NCBI GenBank assembly: GCA_043228905.1
Contig: JBHGNT010000015.1
Coordinates: 17,608,001 to 17,672,000, forward strand
DNA: 64,000 bases
Source: Azolla caroliniana
Taxonomy: Eukaryota > Plantae > Polypodiophyta
Reading direction: 5' to 3'
Program-made: the position numbers and the translations under genes
Notes under the pieces: model-generated
Seen by the model: only the letters and a program-made list of their open reading frames with translations
Database searches by the model: none
Told to the model about the DNA's origin: nothing
In this document: one piece after another, positions 62,969 to 64,000 of the stretch
Layout of the letters: each line of letters begins with the position of its first letter
How positions within the stretch are numbered: position 1 is the stretch's first letter

Positions 62969-64000
62969 TAGTTGTATGGTCTTGGTCACATTTGAACTCG
63001 AACGTTAAAGAATAAAGCCATTAAACATTTAAGCTAACCAAATGGCTTGCTCATATTGAATGTCTAATGTTTATGAGCATGAAAGATATGCAAAGGCATG
63101 TATCCATACATTGGTTTAAAAAGAAAACACATGTGTTATATGTTAGAGATCATTCTTAATGTAAGCATAAGCCAAGGGAATATAAGATAGATAGATAATA
63201 ATAATAAGAGAAAGATAGGTGCCAATCCACCCAACCACCCCTGATCGAAGGGATCGCGTCAGACTCAAGCCTTGATCGGCGTCCAATACCACTGCCATGT
63301 CATCAAGTCATACATGGGCCTCAACGTAGTCGAATGATGTGTCTAATAAGGGTAGTTATGCCTCATATTTATAGCCAAACCTAAGGCCCCTAGGCAAGTT
63401 CACACTTGCTCCTTATGAGTTGTCTCAATTCCTCAAATTAAAAGTAATCCTATCTTCTTTACACTCTCGATTAACCCTCACACTTTATCCTCATGTGTAG
63501 AATATAACATTACAACTTACCATGAGATAAATTATGGTCATGCCCGTAACAAATTACCTGCATTCGTAGATCTATCATTTGTGCCTAGTGGGATTTTATT
63601 GAGTTGATGGAAACATTAATGCTCAAAGGGGGGTTGTTGTTTGTCGAAGTAGGAGTAACATTAGGAGATAAATGATCTCTTGGATGTTTGGGTGAAGGAT
63701 ATCGATATATTTATTGATGAAGTTTGCCATAACCTTAAGCATACCTATGTTCATTGGTTTATTTTGACAAGGGTTGGGAAAGGTGGACAAATAAAAGAGT
63801 AACAATTAACCATTCACGCCATGGTCAACATCAAGAAAGAAAATAAAATATAAGAGATGTGTGGATGATAGATAGGTGTGTCACAAAATTCTTTGCTAGA
63901 ATGTTGGTCATCAAAAAGCATTGCAACATTTAGTGGTTGTGCACTAGGAGGCCCATTGAGGGGAGTCGTGACATCATAGAACGAGCCCCTTGATTCAAGG

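Overview
Repeat-rich nuclear DNA from a land plant, probably a non-seed plant such as a fern or lycophyte (inferred from the TE lineages and PPR style). Host genes: a 19-exon, 3'-incomplete exocyst SEC3 gene (minus strand, 15222->3224, 676 codons in the window), a 3-exon At3g56230-like BTB/POZ gene (minus), an intronless PLS-class PPR-DYW RNA-editing factor (plus, 42548-45055), a possible small orphan spliced ORF (minus, ~48.9-50.1 kb) and orphan fragments of a SAC/FIG4 phosphatase gene. The rest is nested TEs: copia fragments, solo LTRs, MITEs, an RTE-like LINE, a Tcn1-like chromovirus and three members of one non-chromovirus Ty3/gypsy lineage. The most notable feature is an intact, very young 10.1-kb gypsy element (25565-35683; identical 371-bp LTRs, GGTTG TSD). 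It has no polypurine tract. Instead it has a tRNA-Arg-type primer-binding site inside BOTH LTRs, in opposite orientations, and the 3' site reads in the genomic RNA as a tRNA 3'-end mimic ending in CCA. This suggests tRNA- or tRNA-mimic-primed plus-strand synthesis. The element also carries a large second ORF (conserved N-domain plus long coiled coil) with its own TATA box, which recurs in a decayed relative at ~61 kb. The chromovirus shows signs of Tf1-like self-priming and a -1 frameshift pseudoknot. All homology calls rest on motif recognition by eye; no searches were run.
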